Source: Lentisphaeria bacterium (GTDB lineage: Bacteria; Verrucomicrobiota; Lentisphaeria; JABSQK01; JAWLHB01). From it: a stretch of DNA of 64,000 nucleotides. The notes below the pieces were generated by a model. It ran no database searches. It was not told the origin of the DNA and saw only the letters and a list, made by a program, of their open reading frames with translations. The first letter of the stretch is position 1; each line of letters opens with the position of its first letter. The DNA is taken from assembly GCA_041690595.1 (NCBI GenBank), contig JAWLHB010000004.1, forward strand, positions 124,001 through 188,000. The letters run 5' to 3'. Shown here piece by piece: positions 49,863-59,763 of this stretch. The position numbers and the translations under genes were made by a program.

Positions 49863-50732
49863 ATGGATTTTACGCGCCTGGAAAAAGTAACCTGGTATCC
49901 AGGTCATATGCGCAAAGCGGAGCGGGAGCTGCGCGAGCGTCTCTCCGCGGTCGATCTGGTGATCGATCTGGTGGATGCTCGCGCGCCGCGAACGACTCAT
50001 AGCTATCGGCTCAGCGAGCTGGTGGAGCACAAAGCGCGTGTGCAGGTGCTCGGCAAGGCGGATCTGGCGGACGAGACGGCCACCCGCGCGTGGCGGGATG
50101 CGCTGCACGAGGAGGGTGTAGCCTGCTTCAGCATTCATCATCGGCAACGGCAGCAGATGCCGCAGCTGATCGACCTGTTGCTCAAGACGGCACACGACGA
50201 TCCACGCAGCCGCTGGGGGCGACTGGCATACAAACGTGCCATGCGCGCCATGGTGATCGGTCTGCCGAATGTCGGCAAGTCGACCTTGATCAACTCCCTG
50301 GCAGGCGGCAAGCGAGCGCGTATTGGGCCGGAGCCCGGCGTCACCCGCAGCCAGCAATGGGTCTTGCTTGGCAAGCAGGTCGAACTGCTCGATACGCCCG
50401 GCATCATGTTCCCGAACATCGCCGATCCGCGGACGGGGCTCAAGCTGGGGCTGCTGGCCATGCTCAAGCATGACATCGTCAGCGACGAAGTGCTGACGGA
50501 GTATCTCCTGTACCTTCTTCGGCAGCAGGAGCGCCACGATGCGCTGGCGCGTTACGGAATCGAGAGCCTTCCAGCGACGGTCCATGAGTTGCTGGATCGG
50601 GTTGGTGCCTGGTACGGGTGCCTGCTTCCCGGCGGCGGGATCGATCAGCCACTGGCGGCCACCCATATCGTCCGCGATTTCCGCGAAGGAAAGCTTTCGC
50701 GGCTTTCTCTCGAACTGCCTGGAGACGAGTAG
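49863..50732 (+). CDS. rbgA: Ribosome biogenesis GTPase RbgA/YlqF
   Basis: WYPGHM, DARAP, GLPNVGKSTLIN, PGVTR, LLDTPG (circularly permuted GTPase). Confidence 0.92.
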   Translation: MDFTRLEKVTWYPGHMRKAERELRERLSAVDLVIDLVDARAPRTTHSYRLSELVEHKARVQVLGKADLADETATRAWRDALHEEGVACFSIHHRQRQQMPQLIDLLLKTAHDDPRSRWGRLAYKRAMRAMVIGLPNVGKSTLINSLAGGKRARIGPEPGVTRSQQWVLLGKQVELLDTPGIMFPNIADPRTGLKLGLLAMLKHDIVSDEVLTEYLLYLLRQQERHDALARYGIESLPATVHELLDRVGAWYGCLLPGGGIDQPLAATHIVRDFREGKLSRLSLELPGDE

Positions 50733-50741
50733 CCTTCAGCC

Positions 50742-51281
50742 TCAGCGGTTCCGCATCCATGGCGGGTCGAGGGTAGTTATCCGCGCATAGACGGGGCATT
50801 GGTCATGATGCGCACCCGGCAGATAACCGATGCTCATGAGGAATTCGTTGACAATCTCCCCGCCGACGAAACGGAAATGGCGCTTGAAGAGCTTGACCCA
50901 GGCCGCCTTGTCCAGAGGATGCTGCCGCAGCAGCCAGGCGGCAAAGGAGCCGTGCTCGTGACGCAACTCGACCAGACGCTGGGCATTGTGAATGGCGGCA
51001 TCCACTTTGAGGCGGTTGCGGATGATGGCGGGATCGGCCAGCAGGCGCAGGCGATCCTCCTCACCGAAGGCAGCAACCGTTTCGATGTCGAAATCGCGAT
51101 AGGCGCGGCGGAAACCTTCGCGCTTCCTGAGGATGGTCAGCCAGGAGAGGCCGGCCTGATTGATCTCCAGAACGAGACGCTCGAAGAGGAGGTTGTCATC
51201 GTTCAGCGGAAAACCATACTCGGTATCATGATAGGGGCCATGGTACTCATGGCCGGGGGCTATTTCGCAGTAGGTCGCCAT
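50742..51281 (-). CDS. tag: DNA-3-methyladenine glycosylase I
   Basis: YHDTEYG, LEINQAGLSWLTIL, IIRNRLK, FRFVG, HHDQC. Confidence 0.93.
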   Translation of the reverse strand: MATYCEIAPGHEYHGPYHDTEYGFPLNDDNLLFERLVLEINQAGLSWLTILRKREGFRRAYRDFDIETVAAFGEEDRLRLLADPAIIRNRLKVDAAIHNAQRLVELRHEHGSFAAWLLRQHPLDKAAWVKLFKRHFRFVGGEIVNEFLMSIGYLPGAHHDQCPVYARITTLDPPWMRNR

Positions 51282-51283
51282 GA

Positions 51284-53266
51284 TCAGAGGGGCTTGACTA
51301 CCAGATTGCCGCCGCGGGCATCCACGTCGTGGACCTTCACCTCGATGCGATTCCCTGGCGTGTGTTTGCGATTGTCCCAGAGCCGGGCACGAACGAGATA
51401 GTCGTCCAACTCCACCGTATAACCACCGGGCACGACGCGAATAATCGTCACAGGATGACGGGCAGTGCGCGGAAGTTGCTCGATGTGACGCAGCAGGTAG
51501 AACTGTGTGGACTGGCGCTCGTAGGCGCGATTCTCCTGCTCCGCCGCTTCGACGGCGCCGAGGACGGCGAGAAGCTGATCGCCCTGATACGGGGGGCGCT
51601 GTTCGGCCAGGCAGGAGGCGATCTGGCGTTGGAGAACCAGATCGGTGAAGCGACGCAGCGGCGACGATGCCTGAGTGTAGGCGTTGAGCCCCAGCCCCGC
51701 ATGGAACTGCGGATGCACCGAAAGACGCCCTCGTTTCAAATGGCGGAACAGATTCTCCGTAGCGATCGGCTCGTACTCGTCGGGGATCTCGATGGTGACA
51801 TCAGGTGGATCCTGCGCCCGATAGATCATCGGCAGCTCTTCCCGAATACCGAACTCGGCGGTCAGGCGGTTGGCGAGGATCATCAGTTCGCTGACGACGC
51901 GGTGGCTTGGCGTATCGACCGCCAGCTTCTTGACGTGAACGACGCCATCGGCATCGACACGTACCTTGATATCGGGTCTGGCGATGGTGATCGCACCATT
52001 CTTGCGGCGCTGCTTGAAGAGAGCATTCGCGATTACCAGGAGCTGCTGAAGCTGGCTGGCGGGTTCTTCGCCGCGCTTGTCCAGAAGGAGCGCATCGACA
52101 CGGTCGTAGCTCAGGCGATGGGTGACGCTGATCTCCCCCCGGGAAATGCTCCAGTCCCGTAATTCGCCGCTGTGCGTAAAGGTGGCGCGATAGCTGACAC
52201 ACGGTCGCAGTTCACCGGCATGCAGACTCGCCAGATTGCAGGAGATCCGCTCGGGCAACATGGTTACCGTATCCGTGGGCAGATAGATGGTGGCGCTCCG
52301 CCGACGCGCTTCCCGATCCAGCTGATCGTCCTTTTGCAGAAAATATGCCGCATCCGCGATGTGGATGCCGACATGCACGTACTCCGCATCCGTCTCCACG
52401 GAGAGAGCGTCATCCACTTCGCGCGTTTCATCATCGTCAATCGAGAAGGTGACCGTGGCATTCGGCGTGGAGCGAAAAGGATCGCTGGTGTAGGGCGCAA
52501 TCGCTTCGGCGGCGGCCAGCAGCTCTGGAGTGAATTCCTGTTCGATGCCGCTGATGATGAGAAGCGGATTGGCATCCTCGGGCAGGCGGTCCAGGCGGCT
52601 GAGGATCTCAAAGGCCGCTTCGCGCGGCGGCAGGTCGCCATCGAGTTGGGCAAGGAAGCGGCCGATGCCGTCGTCGTGTTGCCGGAAGAGGAATTCCTCC
52701 AGGCGTCGGATCAACTGCAGGTCGTCCGGCTCCTCGCTGTTTCCTTGCTTGCCGTTGAGGACACCGCGCATCCAATCGAGCACCTGGTCGCGCTCCTGGC
52801 GCCGTTCCTGCTGGCGCTGCTGCGCCAATTGCTGTTCGGCTACCTGCGTCGGCGAACGAGGCTGAATGATCTGCCCCTTGACCTTGAAGTGGATGGGGTC
52901 CTCGCACACCGTCAGGTACATGGCGGCCTGATGCAGCGGCAACGCTTCGCCGAAATAATTGTTGCAGAGCAGGGTCAGTTTGCAGTCGTCGCATTCGTCC
53001 CGGACAAACTCCCAGAGCAGGTCCGTGTCGATGTTGTCCTGCAATTCGCGGATGCGATGATTGAGATCGGCGACGACACCAGAGAGGGAGCCAAGGTCCG
53101 CTGGCGTCTTGTCGAAGATAGTGAGCAGGTGCTTGTCGTGGACGCGGTGCTGCCGGCCGTTGGCATCGGTCACCTGCAGTTTACTGCCGGATTGCGATGT
53201 CACCAACGCGAGGACAAGATCTCCATTCTGAAGGAAGGCGACAAGCTTGCCGCTGAAGTCGGGCAT
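51284..53266 (-). CDS. RNB-domain 3'-5' exoribonuclease (RNase II family)
   Basis: SIDDDETREVDDALS, GIHIAD, TIYLP, SELMILAN, HAGLGLNAYTQASSPLRRFTDL. Confidence 0.9.
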   Translation of the reverse strand: MPDFSGKLVAFLQNGDLVLALVTSQSGSKLQVTDANGRQHRVHDKHLLTIFDKTPADLGSLSGVVADLNHRIRELQDNIDTDLLWEFVRDECDDCKLTLLCNNYFGEALPLHQAAMYLTVCEDPIHFKVKGQIIQPRSPTQVAEQQLAQQRQQERRQERDQVLDWMRGVLNGKQGNSEEPDDLQLIRRLEEFLFRQHDDGIGRFLAQLDGDLPPREAAFEILSRLDRLPEDANPLLIISGIEQEFTPELLAAAEAIAPYTSDPFRSTPNATVTFSIDDDETREVDDALSVETDAEYVHVGIHIADAAYFLQKDDQLDREARRRSATIYLPTDTVTMLPERISCNLASLHAGELRPCVSYRATFTHSGELRDWSISRGEISVTHRLSYDRVDALLLDKRGEEPASQLQQLLVIANALFKQRRKNGAITIARPDIKVRVDADGVVHVKKLAVDTPSHRVVSELMILANRLTAEFGIREELPMIYRAQDPPDVTIEIPDEYEPIATENLFRHLKRGRLSVHPQFHAGLGLNAYTQASSPLRRFTDLVLQRQIASCLAEQRPPYQGDQLLAVLGAVEAAEQENRAYERQSTQFYLLRHIEQLPRTARHPVTIIRVVPGGYTVELDDYLVRARLWDNRKHTPGNRIEVKVHDVDARGGNLVVKPL

Positions 53267-53338
53267 GGCGTGACTTTCTGCAAGGGGTGTGGCTGAGGCA
53301 CCCGTCGCCTTCTCCCGGCGCCGCGTCCTCAGCCGGAA

Positions 53339-53644
53339 TTACATGATGCCTGGCAGATTCATCCCGCCGGTGATCCCGGAAAGACGCGTCTCCATCTCTT
53401 CGCGAGCCTTCACCAGTGCACCATTGACGGCGACGATGACGAGGTCTTCAAGCATATCCTTGTCCGGCGACTCGAGCAGCTCGGGATTGAGGGTAAGCGA
53501 GACGATGGTGAAGTCGCCCTTGGCGACCGCTGTCACACCATTGCTGGAGAAGGTGAACTGGGTGTCCGCCAGTTGATTCTGGGTCTTCTCCATTTCCTTC
53601 TGCATCTTCTGCGCTTGCTTGAGCATCTTCTGTATATTGGACAT
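53339..53644 (-). CDS. ebfC: YbaB/EbfC nucleoid-associated protein
   Basis: MLKQAQKMQ, DKDMLEDLVIVAVN; downstream of dnaX. Confidence 0.93.
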   Translation of the reverse strand: MSNIQKMLKQAQKMQKEMEKTQNQLADTQFTFSSNGVTAVAKGDFTIVSLTLNPELLESPDKDMLEDLVIVAVNGALVKAREEMETRLSGITGGMNLPGIM

Positions 53645-53682
53645 GGAATTCTCCTTCTATCTTTCTACGTTGCAGCCGGGCC

Positions 53683-55716
53683 TCAGCCTCTCACGTCGAC
53701 CAGTTGTCCTTCGAAGAGGCTGAGCACTTCACGCACAAATGGATGGCTCTCCAACCGTTTCCAGACCTCCGTGGAGGCGGCAAGCTGGCGACGCTTCTCC
53801 CTGTCGTGCGGATCGAAGTCGATCAACACCGGACGCAGGGCAAGCCGCAGGGATTGCCTGGGCGTCAGTTGCTTTAGACACTCGTTGAGAAAGGTCTGTG
53901 TCCGCGGCGCGTAAATATTTTCCTTGTCACCGTCAGGCATGCTGCTTGGCGTGCCGGCGATCAGTTCGGTATGTGAAATACCAAGCGGAACGATGCCTTC
54001 GAGAGTGTCGGCGGCAGGCAGTTTCTGGCGATGGGCCTGCTGAACAATGTCATTCCAGAGGGCGACGGCATGTTCGCGATTCTGCTTGGAAAGGACCAGG
54101 CTGGAGGCGGGGCGAATACCGATCTCCGGAGAAATGGGGGGCGCCGCTTCTTGACTGTCCAGCTCATCCACATGGTCGCTCTCCTCCGCAATGTTCAGGC
54201 CGGGGAAGAGGGGCGGAGTATCGTAAGGCTCCTGCTCCGGTTCCGGTTCCTGCTCTGGTTCCGGCTCAACCGCGGCTGGCGGGGGCGGGGGCGGCTCTTC
54301 CGGTTCGGGTTCCGGCGGGGGTGGAGGCGCGCTATCCTGCTCCGGCTTGGGCACAACCGGTTGGGGGGGCGGCTCCGACTCTGGCTCCGACTCCGACGCA
54401 ACCGGTGGGGCGTCAGGCGCTGGTGGCGGTGGCGGCGCCGGTGGTTCCTCAGCCCGCGGCTCCGGGGGCATGGGCGACGCAGGCGGGGGCATGAGCGTAC
54501 GCGATTGAACGGCCTGCAGTTTCGCCAGATCATCCAGATTTCCGCCCTCGCGCAATTGCTTGAGCTGCTTTATCAGGTCGTCTACTCTCAGCGCGTGAGC
54601 CTCGCGCATGACGCGCAGAAAGGTCGTCTCGAGGTAGACCCGCTTGTTGAGCGTGTAGCGGAGGCTGCCATCGTTGGTGAGCAGCCCCTCGACCAGGCGC
54701 TGGACCGTCGTCGCGTCGGCATGACCGGCCAAGCGCCGCAGCTCGTCAAATTCGGAATCGCCGACATCGAGAATCTCCCGGGGCTGACTGACCGCATGGA
54801 AGACCATGAGGTTGCGCAGGTAGCCGAGCATGTCGGTATAGAAGCGCTCGAGATTCCGCCCCTTGTCGGCAAGATGGTGCAGTGCCGTGATCACCTCGCT
54901 GGGATCGTTGCGCAGAAGTGCCGCGGCCAGACGATTGAGTTCGCCGGCGGAGGTCAGGCCGAAAACTTCCACGACGTCGGCCTCGGCGATCGGAGAGTCT
55001 TCATCCTCACCGCCGCGGAAGGCGATCATCTGATCGAAACTTGACTGGGCGTCACGCATGCCGCCATCCGCCGCCCGGGCGATGATCGTCAACGCATCAT
55101 CCGTTACCTGCACCCCTTCTTCATTCGCAATCTGGCGCAGCCGCTGGACGATGATCGGCACGGGGATACGCTTGAGGTCGAAGCGTTGGCAGCGTGAAAG
55201 AATCGTCGGCAGGACCTTGTGCGCTTCCGTGGTGGCAAAGAGGAATTTGACGTGCGGTGGCGGCTCTTCCAGCGTCTTGAGGAGGGCGTTCCAAGCGCCG
55301 GCGGTGAGCATGTGCACTTCGTCGATAATGTAGACTTTGTGCGAGCGGCCATGGGTTGGCGCGTACTGAACGGTCTCGCGCAACTCGCGGATGTTTTCCA
55401 CGCCGTTGTTGGAGGCGCCGTCAATCTCGATGACGTCCAGGCAGTTGCCCGCCGCGATCTCGGTGCAGGAGAGGCAGGAACAGCAGGGCTCGATGCGTCC
55501 CTCCGCATCCATGACCGGCGACAGGCAGTTGAGCGCCTTGGCGAAGATGCGGGCGGAGGTGGTCTTGCCAATGCCGCGGGGGCCGACAAAGAGGTAGGCG
55601 TGACCGACGCGCTGCCGCATGATGGCATTCTGCAGCGTACGGGTGATATGCTGTTGGCCCAGCACGTCGCTGAAACGCTGGGGCCGCCATTTACGCGCTA
55701 ATACCTGGTAAGCCAT
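53683..55716 (-). CDS. dnaX: DNA polymerase III subunit gamma/tau
   Basis: YQVLARKWRPQRF, GPRGIGKT, EIDGASN, IIDEVHML, SRCQRF, GGMRDA; Pro/Glu-rich linker. Confidence 0.96.
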   Translation of the reverse strand: MAYQVLARKWRPQRFSDVLGQQHITRTLQNAIMRQRVGHAYLFVGPRGIGKTTSARIFAKALNCLSPVMDAEGRIEPCCSCLSCTEIAAGNCLDVIEIDGASNNGVENIRELRETVQYAPTHGRSHKVYIIDEVHMLTAGAWNALLKTLEEPPPHVKFLFATTEAHKVLPTILSRCQRFDLKRIPVPIIVQRLRQIANEEGVQVTDDALTIIARAADGGMRDAQSSFDQMIAFRGGEDEDSPIAEADVVEVFGLTSAGELNRLAAALLRNDPSEVITALHHLADKGRNLERFYTDMLGYLRNLMVFHAVSQPREILDVGDSEFDELRRLAGHADATTVQRLVEGLLTNDGSLRYTLNKRVYLETTFLRVMREAHALRVDDLIKQLKQLREGGNLDDLAKLQAVQSRTLMPPPASPMPPEPRAEEPPAPPPPPAPDAPPVASESEPESEPPPQPVVPKPEQDSAPPPPPEPEPEEPPPPPPAAVEPEPEQEPEPEQEPYDTPPLFPGLNIAEESDHVDELDSQEAAPPISPEIGIRPASSLVLSKQNREHAVALWNDIVQQAHRQKLPAADTLEGIVPLGISHTELIAGTPSSMPDGDKENIYAPRTQTFLNECLKQLTPRQSLRLALRPVLIDFDPHDREKRRQLAASTEVWKRLESHPFVREVLSLFEGQLVDVRG

Positions 55717-55765
55717 GGCTGGGGAACGCCGACGATAGTGAACATGGGACAACGAGAGGACAAAA

Positions 55766-55895
55766 ATGCCACTGTTACCGGCCTGCAGGTGTTCCTACGG
55801 CGCATAGCCCCTTCGCTTAGAGCTGCTTGCTTCCACACCTGACTCGATTCACGCGGGACTATCGCATAGGTCCCACAAACCGATAACAATGGCAT
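55766..55895 (-). ncRNA. ffs: Signal recognition particle RNA (4.5S)
   Basis: Minus strand TCAGGTGTGGAAGCAAGCAGC helix-8 motif (55842-55822); ends ATGCCATTGTTATCGG and CCGGTAACAGTGGCAT pair; followed by U tract; directly upstream of dnaX. Confidence 0.9.
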
Positions 55896-55924
55896 AGGTA
55901 CAGTGGAGGTGGGGACTTTGAAAG

Positions 55925-56785
55925 TCAACCGGCTTTGGCAAAATAATCAAGGAGCAGGCCCAGTTCATCCCGCATGGCGGCACGCTCGATAATGCGATCG
56001 ATGAATCCTTTCTCCAGAAGGAACTCCGCCGTCTGGAAGCCATCCGGCAGAATGGCCTGCGTCGTTTGCTTGATGACGCGTGGGCCGGCAAAGCCGATCA
56101 GGGCGCCCGGCTCAGCTACGATGACATCGCCGAGCGAGGCGAAGCTGGCGGTAACGCCGCCGGTTGTCGGATGGGTCAGGACAGAGATGAAGAAGAGCCC
56201 GGCGCGGTCGTGGCGAGCAAGCGCGGCACTGGTCTTGGCCATCTGCATGAGACTCAGGGTGCCTTCGTGCATGCGCGCGCCGCCACTGGTGGATACGATG
56301 ATCATGGGCAGGCGCTTGGCGGTGGCCTGCTCGACGATGCGGGTGATCTTCTCACCGACTACGGAGCCCATGCTGGCGCCGAGGAAGCGGAAATCCATGA
56401 TGGCGAACCCGGCCGCTTGGCCGTGAATCGTCGCGGTGCCCGTGAGCACGGCTTCCTGCAGCTTGGTCTTTTGCTGGTACTCGAGAAGTTTCTCGCCATA
56501 GCTGTAGGTGGCAAAGAACTTGAGCGCGTCAACCGGCTGAATATTGGCATCGCACTCGACGAACGAGCCCTCATCGGCGATCAGGTCGAGTCGTTCCTGG
56601 CAGGTGAGCGGATTGTGGAAACTGCAGTTTGGGCAGACCTGCTGGTTTTCCTTCAACTGATTCTGGTGGACCACTTCCCCGCAGCTCTTGCATTTCTGCC
56701 ACAGACCTTCGGGGATGTTCTTTTTGGTCTTGCTGGTGATACCCCGAATCGTCGAGTACTTCGGCTTTTTGAAGAAGGGGGACAT
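55925..56785 (-). CDS. accD: Acetyl-CoA carboxylase carboxyltransferase beta subunit
   Basis: PEGLWQKCKSC...VCPNC zinc finger, FLGASMGSVVGEK, SGGARMHEG, PTTGGVTASFA, GFAGPRVI. Confidence 0.96.
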   Translation of the reverse strand: MSPFFKKPKYSTIRGITSKTKKNIPEGLWQKCKSCGEVVHQNQLKENQQVCPNCSFHNPLTCQERLDLIADEGSFVECDANIQPVDALKFFATYSYGEKLLEYQQKTKLQEAVLTGTATIHGQAAGFAIMDFRFLGASMGSVVGEKITRIVEQATAKRLPMIIVSTSGGARMHEGTLSLMQMAKTSAALARHDRAGLFFISVLTHPTTGGVTASFASLGDVIVAEPGALIGFAGPRVIKQTTQAILPDGFQTAEFLLEKGFIDRIIERAAMRDELGLLLDYFAKAG

Positions 56786-56795
56786 AGGCGATTGT

Positions 56796-57515
56796 TCATC
56801 CTCTTGCAATGGTTAGCACCTCCACAGTGCTTGCGCCGGCTCCGATTACCCGGTCGGCGCACGCTCTCAAGGTTGCTCCGGTGGTCATCACGTCGTCACA
56901 CAACAATACACGCTTGCCGACAAAATCAAAGCTGGGGTTCACAGTGAAAGCCGTATTGAGGTTCCGCAGTCTCTGCTTGAGATTCAATCGTGCCTGGGAG
57001 CGGGTGTAGCGATGGCGAATGAGGGCATTCCAGCAGGGGATGCCAGTGTGTCGGGAAAGCTCCCGACCAAGCATTTCGGCCTGATTGTAGCCGCGTTGCA
57101 TGTAGCGCAGCCAGTGGAGCGGAACGGGGATGATAGCGCAGGGGCTTTCCGTATCGTGGCGCCGTTCGCTCCACGCCGAGGCCGCGACCTCCCCCAACCC
57201 TCGCGCCAGGGCCGTATCGCCCTGATACTTGAAGCGGTGGATGATATCGCGAGCCATACCGCCATAGGACAGCACGGTCACCGCGTCCTGCCAGGGCCGC
57301 TCCTGACTGATACAATCGAGGCAGAGCTTCAGCACCCCGTCGAGTTCGATGCCGCAACCGCGGCAGGTGGCGCCATGTACCATCGGCAGTTGGGCGGCAC
57401 AATCCCGGCACCAGCCGTACGTGCCGCTCTGCTGTCGCAGGCAGATCGCGCATATCGGCGGGTAGACGGTGCTGCTGAGGGTGGCAAGCAGATTGGCGGC
57501 CCAAGGTGATGACAT
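56796..57515 (-). CDS. comF: ComF family protein (double zinc ribbon plus PRTase)
   Basis: CxxC pairs, PVPLH...RGYNQAE, LLCDDVMTTGATL. Confidence 0.9.
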   Translation of the reverse strand: MSSPWAANLLATLSSTVYPPICAICLRQQSGTYGWCRDCAAQLPMVHGATCRGCGIELDGVLKLCLDCISQERPWQDAVTVLSYGGMARDIIHRFKYQGDTALARGLGEVAASAWSERRHDTESPCAIIPVPLHWLRYMQRGYNQAEMLGRELSRHTGIPCWNALIRHRYTRSQARLNLKQRLRNLNTAFTVNPSFDFVGKRVLLCDDVMTTGATLRACADRVIGAGASTVEVLTIARG

Positions 57516-57705
57516 GATGAGTATACTGCACGAAAAGTCACCCAAATCAAGCCGGACCATGATGTTGCCGCGGATAAAAGGAGAGCCGGAGCCGCGTTAC
57601 CGAAGTGCTGAGTTTGTCGTATTTATCGTGCTCATGTCTCTTTCATTAAGTTCAAAACATGGATAAAGTAGACGCGAACGCGAATTCTTGTAAGGAAGGT
57701 GTGGC

Positions 57706-58224
57706 ATGGCGGGTTCGGGAGGTATGGCAGGCGGACAAGTCACCGTGGCGCGGCTGGTGCCGTGGCTGATAGGTCTTGTGTTGTTGTGGCTCCTGCTTAC
57801 AGGCGGCGAACCGTTGTCATGGGTCATCGGCCTGCCGGCTATTGTGGCCGCCTCCTGGAGCGCGGTGCTGCTCGAACCGCCCAACGTCAAGACTTTCAGC
57901 CTGGTGGGGCTGCTGCGCTTCGCCCCCTGGTTCCTCAAGGCGTCGCTGCTGGCCAGCATCGATGTGGCCCGGCGCGCGATGGCGGTCAGCCCCCGGCTCA
58001 ATCCTGGGCTCATCGTCTATCGGTCGCGGTTGCCTGAAGGTGCGCCCCTGGTTTTCTTCTGCAGCTGCATCTGCCTGCTTCCCGGAACACTGACGGCGGA
58101 TCTGCGCGGCGCGGAGCTCAGTGTACATGTCATTGACGAAGCACTGCCGAACGAGCAGGAACTGCAGCGCCTCGAAGGGCGGGTCGCCCGCGTATTCGGG
58201 GCGAAGGATGGAGATCATGCGTGA
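57706..58224 (+). CDS. mrpE: Mrp/Mnh antiporter subunit E
   Basis: LWLLLTG, ASIDVARR, LNPG, LLPGTL, VHVID. Confidence 0.9.
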   Translation: MAGSGGMAGGQVTVARLVPWLIGLVLLWLLLTGGEPLSWVIGLPAIVAASWSAVLLEPPNVKTFSLVGLLRFAPWFLKASLLASIDVARRAMAVSPRLNPGLIVYRSRLPEGAPLVFFCSCICLLPGTLTADLRGAELSVHVIDEALPNEQELQRLEGRVARVFGAKDGDHA

Positions 58225-58492
58225 AGTCATGGGCATTGCGGCAGTCTTGTTGTTGTTGATGCTGCTGGTATCGTTGCTGCGCGTGGTGCGGGGGCCGACC
58301 GCTGCCGATCGGATGCTGGGAGCCCAGTTGATGAGTACGACCGGAATGGGACTGCTGCTGGTCCTGGGCCAGGCGTTGCGGTTGCACGCCGCCGTGGATG
58401 TCGCCTTGGTTCTGGCGCTGCTCGCATCCGTGGCGGCACTGGCATTTGTGCGGCGCGGCTGGCTCTCCGCCGGCAGGGAGGAGGCCGAATGA
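58217..58492 (+). CDS. mrpF: Mrp antiporter subunit F
   Basis: RVVRGPTAADRML, VDVALVLALL. Confidence 0.9.
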   Translation: MREVMGIAAVLLLLMLLVSLLRVVRGPTAADRMLGAQLMSTTGMGLLLVLGQALRLHAAVDVALVLALLASVAALAFVRRGWLSAGREEAE

Positions 58493-58794
58493 ATCTTCTG
58501 ATCGACATCGTTTCCGGATGCCTCATCGCGGCCGGACTCCTCTTCTATATGGCAGGCACCGTCGGCCTGCTGCGCTTTCCCGACCTCTTCACGAGGCTCC
58601 ACGCCATGAGCAAAGCCGACAATGTCGGGTTGGGCCTGCTGATGCTCGGGCTGCTGCTGCAGGTTGACAATTGGCGGCAGGCGCTCAAGTACGTCTTCGC
58701 CTGGGTTCTGGTGATGCTGGCCAGCGCGGTAACCAGTCAACTTGTCGCGAGAAGTGCGTTGCGGGCCGGATTGCAGCCATGGAGGCGCCCATGA
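58489..58794 (+). CDS. mrpG: Mrp antiporter subunit G
   Basis: GLLRFPDLFTRLHAMSKADNVG. Confidence 0.92.
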   Translation: MNLLIDIVSGCLIAAGLLFYMAGTVGLLRFPDLFTRLHAMSKADNVGLGLLMLGLLLQVDNWRQALKYVFAWVLVMLASAVTSQLVARSALRAGLQPWRRP

Positions 58795-59057
58795 GCATTA
58801 TCGTCAGGCTATTCGACCTGCTGCTGGTTGGTGGGCTGTTGTGGTTGTGCTGGCAGGTGGTGTCGGCACGCGAGCTGTTTCGATCGATCGTCCTTTTTAT
58901 CGTCTTCGGCCTTCTGATGGCGATCTGCTGGGCTCGCCTGCAGGCGCCGGACCTGGCGCTTGCCGAGGCAGCCATTGGTGCGGGGATTACCGGGGCCCTT
59001 TTTCTTTCTACGCTGGGAGCTATTCGCCAGCGCGACAAGGAGCTCTCCAATGAATGA
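58791..59057 (+). CDS. DUF4040 protein (stand-alone MrpA C-terminal / MrpB N-terminal module)
   Basis: LFIVFGLLMA...LQAPDLALAEAAIGAG; ATGA overlap with mrpG. Confidence 0.88.
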   Translation: MSIIVRLFDLLLVGGLLWLCWQVVSARELFRSIVLFIVFGLLMAICWARLQAPDLALAEAAIGAGITGALFLSTLGAIRQRDKELSNE

Positions 59058-59763
59058 ACCCGCGGCAACCAATCTCGACCGTTCAGCCAGATTCCTGGCT
59101 GGCATCGGCGCCGCCTTCCTGGGGCTCGGGCTGGTCTGGGCGATCCTCGCATTGCCCCAGGTGGAAGTGGGTTTGGGCGAGACCGTGCGTCGGAATCTGG
59201 GCGTTTCCGGGGTCAGCAATCCGGTGACCGCGGTCCTGCTGAACTTCCGCGGCTACGATACGATGCTTGAAGTGGGGGTTCTGGTGCTGGCACTCATCGG
59301 TTCCCAGGCCTTACGCGGCACCGGCGAGACCTTGCCCGAAGTCGATCGAGATATCGTCCTTGACAGTGTGGTGCGGGTGCTGACTCCACCGCTTATCATT
59401 GTGGCGGCCTATATGTTGTGGATTGGCGGCACCGAGCCGGGTGGGGCTTTCCAGGCAGGAGCGATACTGGCCGCCGGCGCGGTGATCCTCCTGCTGGCCG
59501 GGTTGCGCCCCCCGCGCCTCTGGCACTGGATGATCGAGCGTCTCGCCGTCATCGCGGGTTTTCTGGTCTTTGCGCTGGCGGCGCTTGCCTGTATCCCGTT
59601 GACGGACCACCTGCTCGGCTATCCTCAAAGCAGCGCCAAGTACTGGATCCTGGCCGTCGAAGGGGTGAGCGCTCTCTCGATCGCCTTGATCCTGACCCTG
59701 CTTTTTGCAGGGCACCCGCTTGGGCGGGGCATGGAACGTGATCAAGACGAGGGGGATCGATGA
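59050..59763 (+). CDS. mrpB: Mrp antiporter subunit B
   Basis: NPVTAVLLNFRGYDTMLE, PGGAFQAG. Confidence 0.9.
   Translation: MNEPAATNLDRSARFLAGIGAAFLGLGLVWAILALPQVEVGLGETVRRNLGVSGVSNPVTAVLLNFRGYDTMLEVGVLVLALIGSQALRGTGETLPEVDRDIVLDSVVRVLTPPLIIVAAYMLWIGGTEPGGAFQAGAILAAGAVILLLAGLRPPRLWHWMIERLAVIAGFLVFALAALACIPLTDHLLGYPQSSAKYWILAVEGVSALSIALILTLLFAGHPLGRGMERDQDEGDR

Noticed and set aside
53683..55716. Programmed -1 frameshift in dnaX
   Set aside because: No AAAAAAG or poly-A slippery run seen after domain III
57560..57705. Na+/Li+ riboswitch or second wHTH operator upstream of mrp
   Set aside because: Only a weak TTTATC/GATAAA plus CATGT/ACATG pairing; TTCA repeats are spaced 9 not 8 and not palindromic; cannot support without an Rfam search
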